Shown here: piece after piece, positions 1 to 10,355 of the stretch
How the letters are laid out: every line of letters starts with the position of its first letter
Numbering within the stretch: position 1 is the stretch's first letter
Source of the DNA: an uncultured delta proteobacterium
GTDB lineage: Bacteria; Desulfobacterota; RBG-13-43-22
Length of the DNA: 64,000 bases
Reading direction: 5' to 3'
NCBI GenBank assembly: GCA_963743305.1
Contig: CAVUPH010000006.1
Location: 1 to 64,000, forward strand
Position numbers and translations under genes: made by a program
The notes under the pieces: model-generated
Database searches by the model: none
Told to the model about the DNA's origin: nothing
What the model saw: only the letters and a program-made list of their open reading frames with translations

Positions 1-1
1 G

Positions 2-289
2 ATCAGGCAAGCTGTTCGTGAAGTGGAACCTGACGCAGAGATCATTCTTTACGGTTCCCGCTCCCGTGGAGATGCTCTCTCGGAATCAGACTGGGACTTT
101 CTTATCCTGGTTGATGGCCCTCTGAGTGATGAACGTACAGATCGAATCCGTCACAGGCTCTATGAAGTAGAATGGGAATCTGGAGAGGTCATCTCCTCGA
201 TTGTACGGAACCGTGAGGAATGGAATAGTGGCATCTACCAGGCCATGCCATTTCACCAGCGAGTCCGGCAGGAAGGAATCAGACTGTGA
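2..289 (+). CDS. MNT-type minimal nucleotidyltransferase (antitoxin of an MNT-HEPN pair), 5'-partial
   Basis: LYGSRSRGD..SDWDFLILV = pol-beta GS/DxD motif; frame is open to the window edge (IRQAVREVEPDAE). Confidence 0.85.
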   Translation: MRQAVREVEPDAEIILYGSRSRGDALSESDWDFLILVDGPLSDERTDRIRHRLYEVEWESGEVISSIVRNREEWNSGIYQAMPFHQRVRQEGIRL

Positions 290-459
290 CGGAATGGAGC
301 AGGGATCTGGTGGCGTACCGTATGACACGAGCAGATGAGACTCTGGAAGATGCTCGTATTCTTGCCAGGGCGGGACGGTGGAATGCCTGCGTCAAGAATC
401 GCAGGTTCTGCCATGGATCTCAAAGGCAGAAGAACTACTTGGGTATATCGCCAGTTTGA
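286..459 (+). pseudogene. Truncated HEPN-domain protein (toxin partner)
   Basis: GTG overlaps the MNT stop; MTEWSRDLVAYRMTRADETLEDARILARAGRWNACV resembles a HEPN N-terminus, then similarity breaks at about nt 392. Confidence 0.65.
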
Positions 460-526
460 TTCAAAAACAAACAAGTTGACACACATGCTTTCTCTAGCCG
501 CTGTGGGAAAGCCCTGCCCAACCAAT

Positions 527-772
527 ATGGTTGAGACGATATTGTCCGGGGTGGCGAACATCCCCACCGAAGACCGCATCAAGATCGGCCGCCTGATCGA
601 GGCCATGACCGGCGGCACAGCCCTGGTGGAGTCCATGCACGGCGCCGGCTCCCCCCAGGCCCAGCGGGTGATGATCCTCCGGGAAGGAGACCTGGAAAAG
701 AAGGTTAAACTGGCCAAGGCTCTGGCCGGGATCCCGCCCACCCGGGCCAAGAAGGCGGAGGCCAGCGCTTAA
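527..772 (+). pseudogene. abfD: 3' fragment of 4-hydroxybutyryl-CoA dehydratase (AbfD/HpaB family)
   Basis: LVESMHGAGSPQAQRVMI..LEKKVKLAKALAGI is the characteristic AbfD C-terminus; no 5' part present. Confidence 0.7.
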
Positions 773-866
773 GAAAGAGGGAAAGCATCCGATACAGATT
801 ATCAAATATGGCGCCCCTGGAGTCAAAATTTCAAATATGTTTGGCTATGTTTTAGCGAGTGAGGCT

Positions 867-1314
867 ATGAAGTTCGAATTATCAGCGATTGGGTCAATAG
901 GTACAGCCATGGCGGTACTCGCTACCCGCATGGCAGGTCCGCAAGAATACTCAGCAAGCCAGAACGGATTTCGAAGACGACCTTTCCAGAGAGTACAGAG
1001 AGTTGACGCGTGAAATTCCAGTTGAAGCACACCTCGGGATGGAGTTAAGCGAAGACGTTTTTAAGAAGGCGTTTCCACATCTGTTCCAGTACATAGACCT
1101 GTCTAATGAACAGGTATTTCTGAGAATGAATGGCCGGGTAAGCCGCGCAACCTGGCATAGTTGGAGTGATGGCATAAAAACCAACCTATCTAACACATTG
1201 TTTGCAAAGGCTTGGGAGGAGGTAAAGGCTAAAGCGAAGTCAAGTTTTCATGAGCTCCGCACGCTTGAGGAGAAAGACTTCTCAAGTGATCCAAGGAAGT
1301 GGCTCCCATGGTGA
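867..1314 (+). CDS. Hypothetical protein with N-terminal TM helix, gene-cassette-like (one frameshift near 927)
   Basis: MKFELSAIGSIGTAMAVLA..WQVRKNTQQARTDFEDDLSREYREL joins ORF 1003-1314. Confidence 0.6.
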
Positions 1315-1337
1315 TACAGGTTCTGCAGTGTCTTTTT

Positions 1338-1423
1338 TCCTAATCATTCACTTCAGCCGACACCAAAGAAGGGGCTGTGACCCTTGAATATCACTTGCGG
1401 CGGCTGGTGTCCTAGGGTTGTGA
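1338..1423 (+). other. Degenerate attC-like site
   Basis: TCCTAAT..CTTCAGCCGAC ... GCGGCTG..GTTGTGA; CAGCCG/CGGCTG can pair; lies just after a cassette-like ORF. Confidence 0.3.
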
Positions 1424-1469
1424 TCCTAAAAAATCTAACGAAGGATTACTGGCAAGTATAATGGTTTAT

Positions 1470-2580
1470 TTAAATAGCCAGGTGATCCACTTCTAATTGG
1501 CCATACATACATAACACCTGATTTGGTCCTGAATTTACGCCAGAAGAACTGGTCCCAAGACTCACACCAAGAGCGGGATCAGTACTGTCTTCAATTGTTG
1601 TGGAACTCCAATAGGCATATCCCTGCGTATTAATAAAGGGGTTCGCAATTGGAATAGATGGACCTTTAGTCGAAAAATCAATCAATGTGGTTAGCTCAAT
1701 AACATTGGGAAGTCTCCAGTCTTTATAAGGACTCCCACATTTAGAGTAAGTACCAGTATTAATCCCATTTATAAAATCAAGAGCCGTTTGCCAATTTACC
1801 CCGTCAACCAAGATGAATATTCCGTTTTTAAGCAATTTGCATCTTTTAACCATATTAATTGAGTCAACCTATCCGTAACGGTTCCATCGTTGTTATCTGT
1901 AAATCTTGGAGAGGGCAACGCAACCCCCCATTTCACATCCCCATCGTCTCCACTGGCAAAACTCATGGTTTGGCTGGTTTTCCAAGTATTGGCTGGATAA
2001 TTTTGGTCAATACTATTTTGTTGACCACCCCGAACGGGCAAAACATCTCTAGCCGTCCGATTTAGCTGGAGGAAACCAATAATTACTAAAGTTATATAAT
2101 ATAGAACAACCCAGGATTTCCCGGTTGCATCGGGAGGGGTTGTCGAAGACCAAAATGTTAGTGAACCTGAGCCCAAGTTGAAACCTTGAGAATTAAGCCA
2201 ATTATTTCCCCCCCATAATCAACGTGCTTCTTGATAGTTCACCAAACTCAATAATTCACGGGCATTGGGTAAACGCCAATCATTTTTTTCACAAATTGAT
2301 TGACTCTTTGAATAATCCAATGCTTGATACCAAGTCATTGTGTTGCTGGAGGGTGTTCTTGCCCACTCCAACCCTGTCAATTTATCTAAGATGCAATCAC
2401 CATTCGTTTCAAATCTTGGTTCGGGCCAATCAACGCCCTTACGCAAATCTCCATCATCACCAGGGTAAAAAAATAGGGTCTGGCCGGTCTTGGGCAAAAG
2501 GACAAATCCGGGACAAGGTTGGCTAAAAAACTTATTGATACGATAAAACCTATTGATATCATTAGAAAGACTTTTTTCAT
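1470..2580 (-). CDS. Secreted protein with two DUF1566 (Lcl C-terminal) modules, frameshifted, AT-rich
   Basis: Repeated GDDGD..GV.WP.PRF..NGD..V.D.LT.L.W and DWRLPN..EL motifs in ORFs 2219-2764, 1796-2176 and 1470-1853; signal peptide MKKVFLMISIG at 2580. Confidence 0.8.
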
Positions 2581-2788
2581 ATTGACCAGTCCCCCCTGTT
2601 CCGTAATTTAAAGAATAGAGATTCCAACTGATTAAATATATTCGGTATATTCTTATAAGTCTATAAATATTACATATAATTTGTAGGATATTATTACTCG
2701 TTTTTCTAAATGTCAACTGACAATGCGGCAGTTTTAAGGGACATCCTGATAATGCCCTCGTCATTCAAGACCGCTTGCGGGCTTGTTG

Positions 2789-3315
2789 TGTCGAGGATCA
2801 TGATAAAAGGACCCTTTAGGCGGGTTCGGGATCATCTCATTCCCCCCCCCCGGGATCACGTTAATTCACCCCCCTGCAGGAAGGTAAGAGGTAACCGCCT
2901 GCCGATGAATCTGGAAAGATCGAAAGCGATCCGAAAGGAGACATCGGCATGTCCAAGGAGGGAAATTACGATGAACGAACTTGTCGAGTTGATTTACCAG
3001 TGGCACCAGGGAGCAGGATTTAAGGGTATTCGGCGATCCCTGGGGTTTGACCGCAAGACCATCCGGAAGTATGTCCAACTGGCCCAGGAAGCCGGAGTGC
3101 AGCGAGGCAAGTCCTTTCCCCCCGAATCAGGATCTGGTCAACCGGCTGAAGGGCCTGACCCGTTCGGAGCTGCTCCTGCGAGACCCCGGCCCAGGACCTG
3201 CTGGATCCGCATCAGGAATGGTTTCAGGAGTTGTTGAAGATCGATCAGATGACGGCCAAGCAAGTCTGGAGACTTTTCCAGGAACGGACCGGGACGGGGA
3301 TCGGGTATTGCACCG
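2789..3315 (+). mobile_element. istA: IS21-family left end and truncated istA
   Basis: TGT start with three GGATCA..CCC subterminal repeats (2794-2872); RREITMNELVELIYQWHQG..IRRSLGFDRKTIRKYV is an IstA N-terminal HTH. Confidence 0.75.
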
Positions 3316-3328
3316 AGGAGGCAGCGGG

Positions 3329-4068
3329 ATCGAGGTAGGACAGCCAGTTGCCCGACTGCCCCCTCACAGACCCCGGCGTGCAGAATTCCCGCACCGGGTT
3401 CCTCAGAATTATTCGCTTAGGTGCTTCTGCCCTCAAAAGACCATTTCCAGTTGCTTATGCCATTTCTTTTCCGTGATCCGTGGTTTCTCTATCCGGAAGT
3501 GTTTCAGAAGTTCGTTAAATCCTGTCCATGTGTAACTCTTCCGCTGGCTTCTCCGATTCAGGCGCTTGAATAATAGCTTTATCGCCCGATTGTAGAATGT
3601 GCCAGACTCTTAAAGTTCCCAATGATCCCGGAGTAGTTGTAATACCCTCGGAGTTTGGCATTGAGTTTCCCAAAAAAGTCTGTCATCCGTAGATGCATGT
3701 TCTCACACCACCGGTCAAAGTTCCTTATTGAATTCCTGTATTTCTTTCGAGAGGTCCGTTTCAAAAGCCGGGGTTTCCCCGCTCTGCTTTTCCCCCATCG
3801 AAACTCAAATCCCAAAAATTCAAACATGGCCTTGTCCTCCCTGTGCAGCCGACTGAAACGGATTACCCGTGGCTTTTCTCTCCGCCAAGGTCAGACCAAA
3901 CTTCTCCAGCCGTTTACCCAGTACCTCGTAAAACCGCTGGGCATCCCTCTGGCTTTGAAAGGCACCTATGAAGTCGTCGGCATATCGACATAGTAGGCCT
4001 GCCCGCAATGCGCCTTCACCACTTCCTCAAACCACTCATCCAAAGGCATAGTGTAAGTAGATATTGGC
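3329..4068 (-). mobile_element. ltrA: 3' half of a group II intron: RT/maturase fragment plus domains V-VI
   Basis: ANIYLHYA, LCRYADDF, FEFLGFEF and LNAKLRGYYNY motifs; minus-strand GAGGAACCCGGTGCGGGAATTCTGCACGCCGGGGTCTGTGAGGGGGC (DV) then AGTCGGGCAACTGGCTGTCCTACCTCGAT (DVI, ends AT at 3329). Confidence 0.9.
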
Positions 4069-5018
4069 GTAACAGTTTAGTCCCTATCTCACCCGAGCGA
4101 TCATCAGGAGATCAGCTGGAGTTATTAAACAGGGCGGCCTGAGCCGTAGCCGTGTTGGCGGTCAGGAGTGTTTGCAGGAATGCAATGGGAAGGACACCCT
4201 GCCTTCTGGCGGTTTGGACCAAACTGGGAAGAATGCTGTGGGTTTTCAGTCCGGTATCCGAGCGGGTTCCGAAGCATATTTTGCGGAAGATCACTAAATG
4301 ACGGAGAGATTGTTCGGCATGGTTGTTGGTGGGCGGCACCCCGGGTCGCCGGAGGAAGGTAAATAGAAATTTCTGTTGGGGTCCGGCGAGATAGGCCCGG
4401 AGGGTCTCGGCGGGTTTGAAGGGCAGCGGATGTTTAGAGAGGAGGGCGAGTTCCCTGGAGAATCGTTTTTCCATAGGGGCCGCTTTCTTCCAGGGGATAG
4501 CGCCGGATTTCAGTTGTTGCCCGGCCAGGCAGAGTCGTGAGGCCAGGTCCCTAACGCGATCGCAGAAGGGTCCGGTGGCAGCGTCCCTCTCGGACTCCGG
4601 CAGGAGCGCCTGCTCCCGGCTGATTTCCTTGGCCTTGGTGATGATATGGGCCAGGCAGGCCTGCCAGTCCCTGCCGATACCGTTATAGGCGGCATAGCGG
4701 TCGCGCACCAGCGTGCCGTCAAAATCTTCTCCGAAGAGGGCTTGGGCCACCTCGGCCGACCGATGCCGGTCGATATGAAAGAAGGCGAGGTTTTCATTGC
4801 CGGCGAACCAGACGAAATGCGCCCAGGCCGTCGTTGCGCCAGGAGGTTTCGTCGGCATGGACCACCTCGGAGGCCCTGATTTTTTGGCGCAAGTCCTCAT
4901 AGATCGGCGCACCTCGGGCCGCCGCTTTTCGATCGAACCCCAAGGCGGAAGCCGGAACAAACTTCAACCCGAACACCTCCCGGAACAACTCCGCATAAAG
5001 AGGATCACCCCTTCCCAT
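4069..5018 (-). mobile_element. tnpC: IS66-family element, 3' half of tnpC with one terminal end
   Basis: VHADETSW, LVRDRYAAY, QACLAHI and PTNNHAEQSLR motifs; GTAA terminus at 4069 (GTAACAGTTTAG). Confidence 0.9.
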
Positions 5019-5165
5019 AGCTGGGGTTTAGAAGTATCATACTGCACAGAATGGTAATGGGATCTGTCGACCCTGCGTTATTCTGATAAGTCTATTGGGT
5101 CTTGAAAAATAGCTTCTGGATATGCGAACAGCCTTGTGCTATAAAGTGATGAAGGAGGAAGCGTC

Positions 5166-5386
5166 ATGAGTTTGGAAGAGAAGATTATTCGGCACATCCA
5201 GGAGTTGCCTGAATCCAAGAAGGCCGAAGTGCTTGATTTCGTTGAGTACCAAAAAACAAGACCGATGAAAGGGATTGGTCTGAATTTTCGTTGTCGTCGG
5301 CAATGCACGGGATGGAAGACGAGATCTCGTTGTACTCTCTCGAAGATCTCAAGGAGAAATTGTCTAAATGGATTCAATCCACATAA
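5166..5386 (+). CDS. DUF2281-like antitoxin-type small protein (frameshift near 5255)
   Basis: IQELPESKKAEVLDFVEY, then +1 frame DWSEFSLSSAMHGMEDEISLYSLEDLKEK; SD GGAGGA. Confidence 0.7.
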
Positions 5387-5442
5387 CGAGACACTAAAAC
5401 CGATTGCCAAAACTGCCGACCCCGCTTAGTTTTCTGTTAGGC
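5381..5442 (+). other. attC-like integron cassette site
   Basis: ACATAAC (contains the gene's stop codon)..ACTAAAACCG ... CCGCTTAGTTTTCT GTTAGGC (perfect GTTRRRY). Confidence 0.5.
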
Positions 5443-5626
5443 CTCAATAAAAGCCTCCTCCCACGCCACCCTCTTCCAGGTTTTCCGGCATCTTTATCTC
5501 AATCTACTCCGGCCGGCCGCCTCCAAGAAAAACCGAAGGAACGTTGAAGGCAGCGTTGTTCACTGAGTTCAGCAACTGCCCCTACATTAGCAAAAGATTT
5601 CGGTAAAATCTATCCATTCCTATATT

Positions 5627-6007
5627 ATGGCCCGGGGGATCAAAAAGTGGCCCTTCCGGTTATCGATTTTCCGGGAAGTCTACCCGATTTACAACACAGG
5701 CCGAGACGATTTTTATCCACCTGGCGCGATTGCGCCGATCACCGACTGGCCTCATTACGGCGATCATGGAGTGACGCCATTGCCCGAGCCGGGCTCATGG
5801 GGCGTGGGGCGGAAGAAAGCCGGCCGGGTCCGAGACATCGCGGAGGCCCGAGGCGGGCTAAACAAAGAAACCCTTCTTCCGGATGAGGCCATCCTGGCCG
5901 CCGCTTTTCCTCGAAAAGCCGAAGAACTCGGACAAGGCGTTGTAGCTGACCTGTTCACGCTTTGGAAGATCTATTTCCGGGTTGAAAATCCAGCATTAAT
6001 CGGCTAA
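5627..6007 (+). CDS. Hypothetical protein
   Basis: 126-aa ORF co-oriented upstream of the Snf2 gene; no family recognised. Confidence 0.35.
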   Translation: MARGIKKWPFRLSIFREVYPIYNTGRDDFYPPGAIAPITDWPHYGDHGVTPLPEPGSWGVGRKKAGRVRDIAEARGGLNKETLLPDEAILAAAFPRKAEELGQGVVADLFTLWKIYFRVENPALIG

Positions 6008-6083
6008 TAATCTTCCCTTGTGGTGAAGGGCCCAGGCTTTTTCCGGCCGCCAGGACCGGCACTATTAAGGGGTTTACAGGATT

Positions 6084-9000
6084 ATGATTATACTCCATGC
6101 GGTCTTTTTAGCCGACCACCTCTACCTCTGGGGGGAACAACCGGTCCATACCGACTTACCAACCGGCCCCAAATCGGCCCGAAAACCCAAGGGACCGGCA
6201 ACGGCTCCACCCTTGCCCTTTGATCCCGGCCCTTCCGGACTGATGGCAGAACTCGTCGAGGCGGGCTTAAGACTCGCTCCTCCCAAGGAAAAAACCGATT
6301 CAAAAATCATCTGGCTGCCGACGTTGGAAGGAAAACCGATTCCCTCCAGCCCCCTGATTGCCGAACTTCCTGACCGGCAAGAACAAGTTAAAAAGGCGGT
6401 TATACGACCCTGGACGATTACGGGTCTTCCCTTGCCTCATGGAAAAAGCGGTGGAATTCCTTGGCCTCTGTGTGGACAAGTCCACCCTGGGACCCGGTTT
6501 GATTATCGGAAAAGACCTGGCCTTCTGGAGCCAGGCCCTGCGTTTTGCCGGGGCCTTGGTAACCAGGCAGCAGTTTCTTCCGACCCTTGCTGAAAAAAAA
6601 GATTTTAAGAACATCCAATATCAGGCCCTTTGGAAACCGATTCTCTCCGGTCCGGACCAGGACCGATTGAATAAACTGGCTAAAGCCCTGCCCCAGATCG
6701 GCCGGGCCTTGACCGCAGAAGCCCTGGCCCCTCCGGTTACGGCCTCCTTCACCGTGCTTTCCCGGTTTATTCATAAAACCGTAGATTATCTGGTTCGCTC
6801 GGCTGTCGGCGTTAAAACGGAAGGACCAAGGTCTTCTTTAAAATTTAAAGAAAATGGAGACAGCCTTCATGACCAATGGATCAGGGCCTTGCAAGTCCCC
6901 GATGGAAAGATGGAGGGAACTTCCGCCGATTTTCAGGAATTAGCCCAGCAGATCCGGGATTGGCAATACCCGGTGTCCCTTTCCACCAATACCCCTTATC
7001 GCCTTTCTTTTCGCTTGGAGGAACCGGAAGAAGGATTCGGGAAAACCTCGGCCAAAAAGCCCAAGAAGTCAAAGACGGATGACTGGTATTTGCGTTACCT
7101 CTTGCAGGGGGTTGAGGATCCCAGCTTTTTTCTCCCGGTTCAGGATATCTGGGGAAAAGGGTCGTCCGGAATCCCCACTACTGAAACGGTCCGATTTTAA
7201 CCCCCAGGAATATCTGTTAGGGTCTTTAGGTCAGGCCTCGAAGATCTGTCCAGCCATAGAGGCCGGTTTAAAGACCCAGTCCCCGGGAGGAGTCCCACTC
7301 AATGCCCACGAGGCCTATGCCTTTCTTCATGATAGGGCTTGGGTCCTGGAACAGGCCGGTTTTGGGATCATTGTACCGGCCTGGTGGACCGGTCGGGAGA
7401 CCAAGCGGCAAATATCCATCAGGGCCCAGGTGAAGGCCCCCCCCATGAAGGGCCGAAGCGGGTTTTTTCTCGATCAGATCCTGGAGTTCAACTGGGAGCT
7501 GGCCCTGGGGGGAGAAAAACTTTCCTTTGAAGAACTTCAGACCCTGGCCCGGATGAAGGCCCCGTTGGTGAAATATCGCGGCCAGTGGGTCCAGATGGGA
7601 CCGGAAGAGATACAGGCCGCCCTGGAATTCTGGAAGAAAAAAGAAACCGGCCAGGCCACAATCCGGGAAATCATCCAATTGGCCCTTGGGGCGCGGAAGA
7701 CCTTTGGCAATCTGCCCTTCGAAGGCCTCCAGGCCGCAGGTTGGGTGGCCGAGTTAATTAAACAATTGGAGGGTCATACCCCTTTTTCCGAACTTTCCCC
7801 CTCGCGGCAATTTAAGGGCCGGTTGCGTCCTTACCAGATCAAGGGATTTTCCTGGCTGGCCTTCCTGGGCCAGTGGGGTCTGGGGGCCTGTCTGGCCGAT
7901 GACATGGGCCTGGGCAAAACCATCCAGGCCCTGGCTTTGATTCAACAGAACCGGCAGCAGGGAGGGGAAAAACCCGTACTGCTTATCTGCCCCATGTCGG
8001 TGGTCAATAACTGGGAAAAAGAGGCCGCCCGTTTTACCCCGGACCTGCCGATCCTGATCCACCATGGAACCACCAGGACCAGAGGGGCGGCCTTTAAAAA
8101 ATTGACCCAACAGCAGGCCCTGGTCATTACCAGTTATGCTCTCCTGCACAGGGATTTCGAGATCCTTAAAAAGGTGTCCTGGTCCGGGGTGATCCTGGAC
8201 GAGGCCCAGAACATCAAAAACCCGGAGACCAAGCAGGCCAAGGCCGCCCGGGCCATTCCGGCGGACTACCGCATCGCCCTTACCGGCACACCGGTGGAAA
8301 ACCATGTGGGCGATCTCTGGTCGATCATGGAGTTTCTCAACCCCGGTTTCTTGGGCAGCCCCGGCGAGTTTCGCCGGAACTTTTTTATCCCCATCCAGGC
8401 GGAACAAAACCAGGAGGCCCTGGAGCGTTTAAAACGCTTGACCTCCCCCTTCATTCTCCGAAGACTCAAGACCGACAAGGCCATCATTCGCGATCTGCCG
8501 AAGAAAATGGAAATGAAGGTCTTTTGTCCCTTGACCAAGGAACAGGCCGGTCTTTACAGCGCCGTGGTCAAGGAGTCTCTGGAGGCTATAGAGGCCTCCG
8601 AGGGGATTGGTCGCAAAGGGGCCGTCCTGGCCACCTTGATCAAACTCAAACAGGTCTGTAATCATCCGGCCCAATTCCTGAAAGACCTTTCCCCTATTCC
8701 CGGCCGGTCCGGCAAGCTGGCCCGGCTGACCGAGATGACTGAAGAAATCCTGGCCATCCAGGAAGCCGCTCTGGTCTTCACCCAATTTACGGAAATGGGT
8801 GCCATCCTCAAGAAGCACCTGGAAGAGACCTTCGGCCAGGAGGTCCTTTTTCTGCACGGGGCGGTGCCCAAAAAACAGCGGGACCGCATGGTTGAGCGGT
8901 TCCAGAGCAGCGGAAACAGACCGGGCCTTTTTATCCTCTCCCTTAAGGCCGGAGGAACCGGACTCAATCTGACCCGGGCCAACCATGTCTTCCATTTTGA

Positions 9001-9250
9001 TCGCTGGTGGAATCCGGCCGTGGAAAATCAGGCCACGGACCGGGTTTTTAGAATAGGGCAGACCAGGAATGTCCAGGTCCACAAGTTTCTGTGCGCCGGA
9101 ACCCTGGAAGAAAAGATCGATCGAATGATCGATGCCAAACAGGAGATGGCCGGACGGGTTATAGGCACCGGGGAAGCCTGGCTGACCGAACTGTCCACCA
9201 AGGATCTGAGAGAACTATTCGCCTTAAGAAAAGAGGCCATAGGAGAATAA
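6084..9250 (+). CDS. Snf2-family DEAD/H ATPase (YwqA/HelZ-like), two frameshifts (near 6440 and 7170)
   Basis: MIILH..LYLWGE N-terminus; LADDMGLGKT, LDEAQNIKN, TGTPVEN, SLKAGGTGLNL and QATDRVFRIGQ motifs. Confidence 0.92.
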
Positions 9251-9251
9251 C

Positions 9252-10187
9252 ATGGGTAGATGGGGTTATTACGGATATTTTCCCCCTTCCCGGCCCAAGG
9301 AGGTCCAGGGAGGAATCAAGGCCCAGTCTTCCAAGGGAAACTTTGGGGTCAGTTGGTGGGCCAAACGCTGGATCGCCGTCCTGGAAAGTTTTAATATCGG
9401 GGCCCGCTTGGGCCGGGGTCGTTCTTATGCCCGTCAGGGTCAGGTCCTGTCGATTGCCATTGAACCGGGCCTGGTCAAGGCCGAAGTGCAAGGCTCCCGC
9501 TCCCAGCCGTATAAAATAAAAATCCGCATCAAACCGTTGTCCCCACCGGAATGGCAGAAGCTTATCCGGTTCTTATCGAAACAAGCCCTCTTTATGGCCA
9601 AGCTCCTGGCCGGCGAGATGCCCGAAGATATTGAAAAGGCCTTTCAACAGGTGGGTCTGGCCCTCTTCCCCCAGAAACATAAGGATCTGGTGACCGATTG
9701 TTCTTGTCCGGACTGGTCCAACCCTTGTAAACATATTGCCGCGGTTTATTATCTGTTGGGCGAAGAATTTGACCGGGACCCTTTCCTGATCTTCAACCTC
9801 CGGGGCCTGGGCCGAAGCGATCTCCTGGGCCACTTGGGCGCAGATCAGGAAAAAGCCCGCACGAAAAAACCCCCGGTCCATGAGGTCCTCCCGGAGACGG
9901 GTTCCCCCTCTGAACCTTTGATTAATGACCCCCTTCTTTTCTGGGAGGGAGAGGTTGTGCCCGATACCTTCTTTGGTGAAGTAAGGGTCCCCCCCGTCCA
10001 GGCCGCTCTGCCCAAACGCTTGGGCAACTTCCCTTTTTGGAGGGGGGAAAGACCTTTCCTGACCGAGATGGAGCCCATCTACGAGCAGGCCGCCCTGCAT
10101 GGTCTGGATGTCTTTTTAGGGCAAGAAAAGGAGACCCCCAGCGGCGCAAAGGAGATACTAAGGGAAAAAGGCTTCGGTAGCCATTAA
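9252..10187 (+). CDS. SWIM zinc-finger protein (YwqB/Rv2102-like partner of Snf2)
   Basis: RLGRGRSYARQG; CSCPDWSNPCKH SWIM motif; starts 2 nt after the Snf2 stop. Confidence 0.9.
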   Translation: MGRWGYYGYFPPSRPKEVQGGIKAQSSKGNFGVSWWAKRWIAVLESFNIGARLGRGRSYARQGQVLSIAIEPGLVKAEVQGSRSQPYKIKIRIKPLSPPEWQKLIRFLSKQALFMAKLLAGEMPEDIEKAFQQVGLALFPQKHKDLVTDCSCPDWSNPCKHIAAVYYLLGEEFDRDPFLIFNLRGLGRSDLLGHLGADQEKARTKKPPVHEVLPETGSPSEPLINDPLLFWEGEVVPDTFFGEVRVPPVQAALPKRLGNFPFWRGERPFLTEMEPIYEQAALHGLDVFLGQEKETPSGAKEILREKGFGSH

Positions 10188-10355
10188 AGATGAAAAGGCG
10201 CCGGGACATTGTTCACTGAGTCCATAAAACCATCGAGATAGCGTTAGGATCTCCCGGATTAGCCACGAACGGGTCACTGAAGCTTCTTCGCCCGCCAGGC
10301 GTAAAAATCGTACGGCTACCACGCTCGTTGCGCCTGGTAATCACCCAGCGCGCGA

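Noticed and set aside
335-526. 5' half of the 145-aa ORF 335-772 as a real gene
   Set aside because: A chance open frame over the HEPN remnant, joined to the abfD fragment
3329-4068. Retron, DGR or defence reverse transcriptase
   Set aside because: YADD plus a maturase domain followed directly by intron domains V-VI identify a group II intron
5556-10221. 13-bp direct repeat TTGTTCACTGAGT (5556-5568 and 10209-10221) flanking the Snf2-SWIM block as att sites
   Set aside because: Short enough to arise by chance in 64 kb, and there is no integrase nearby
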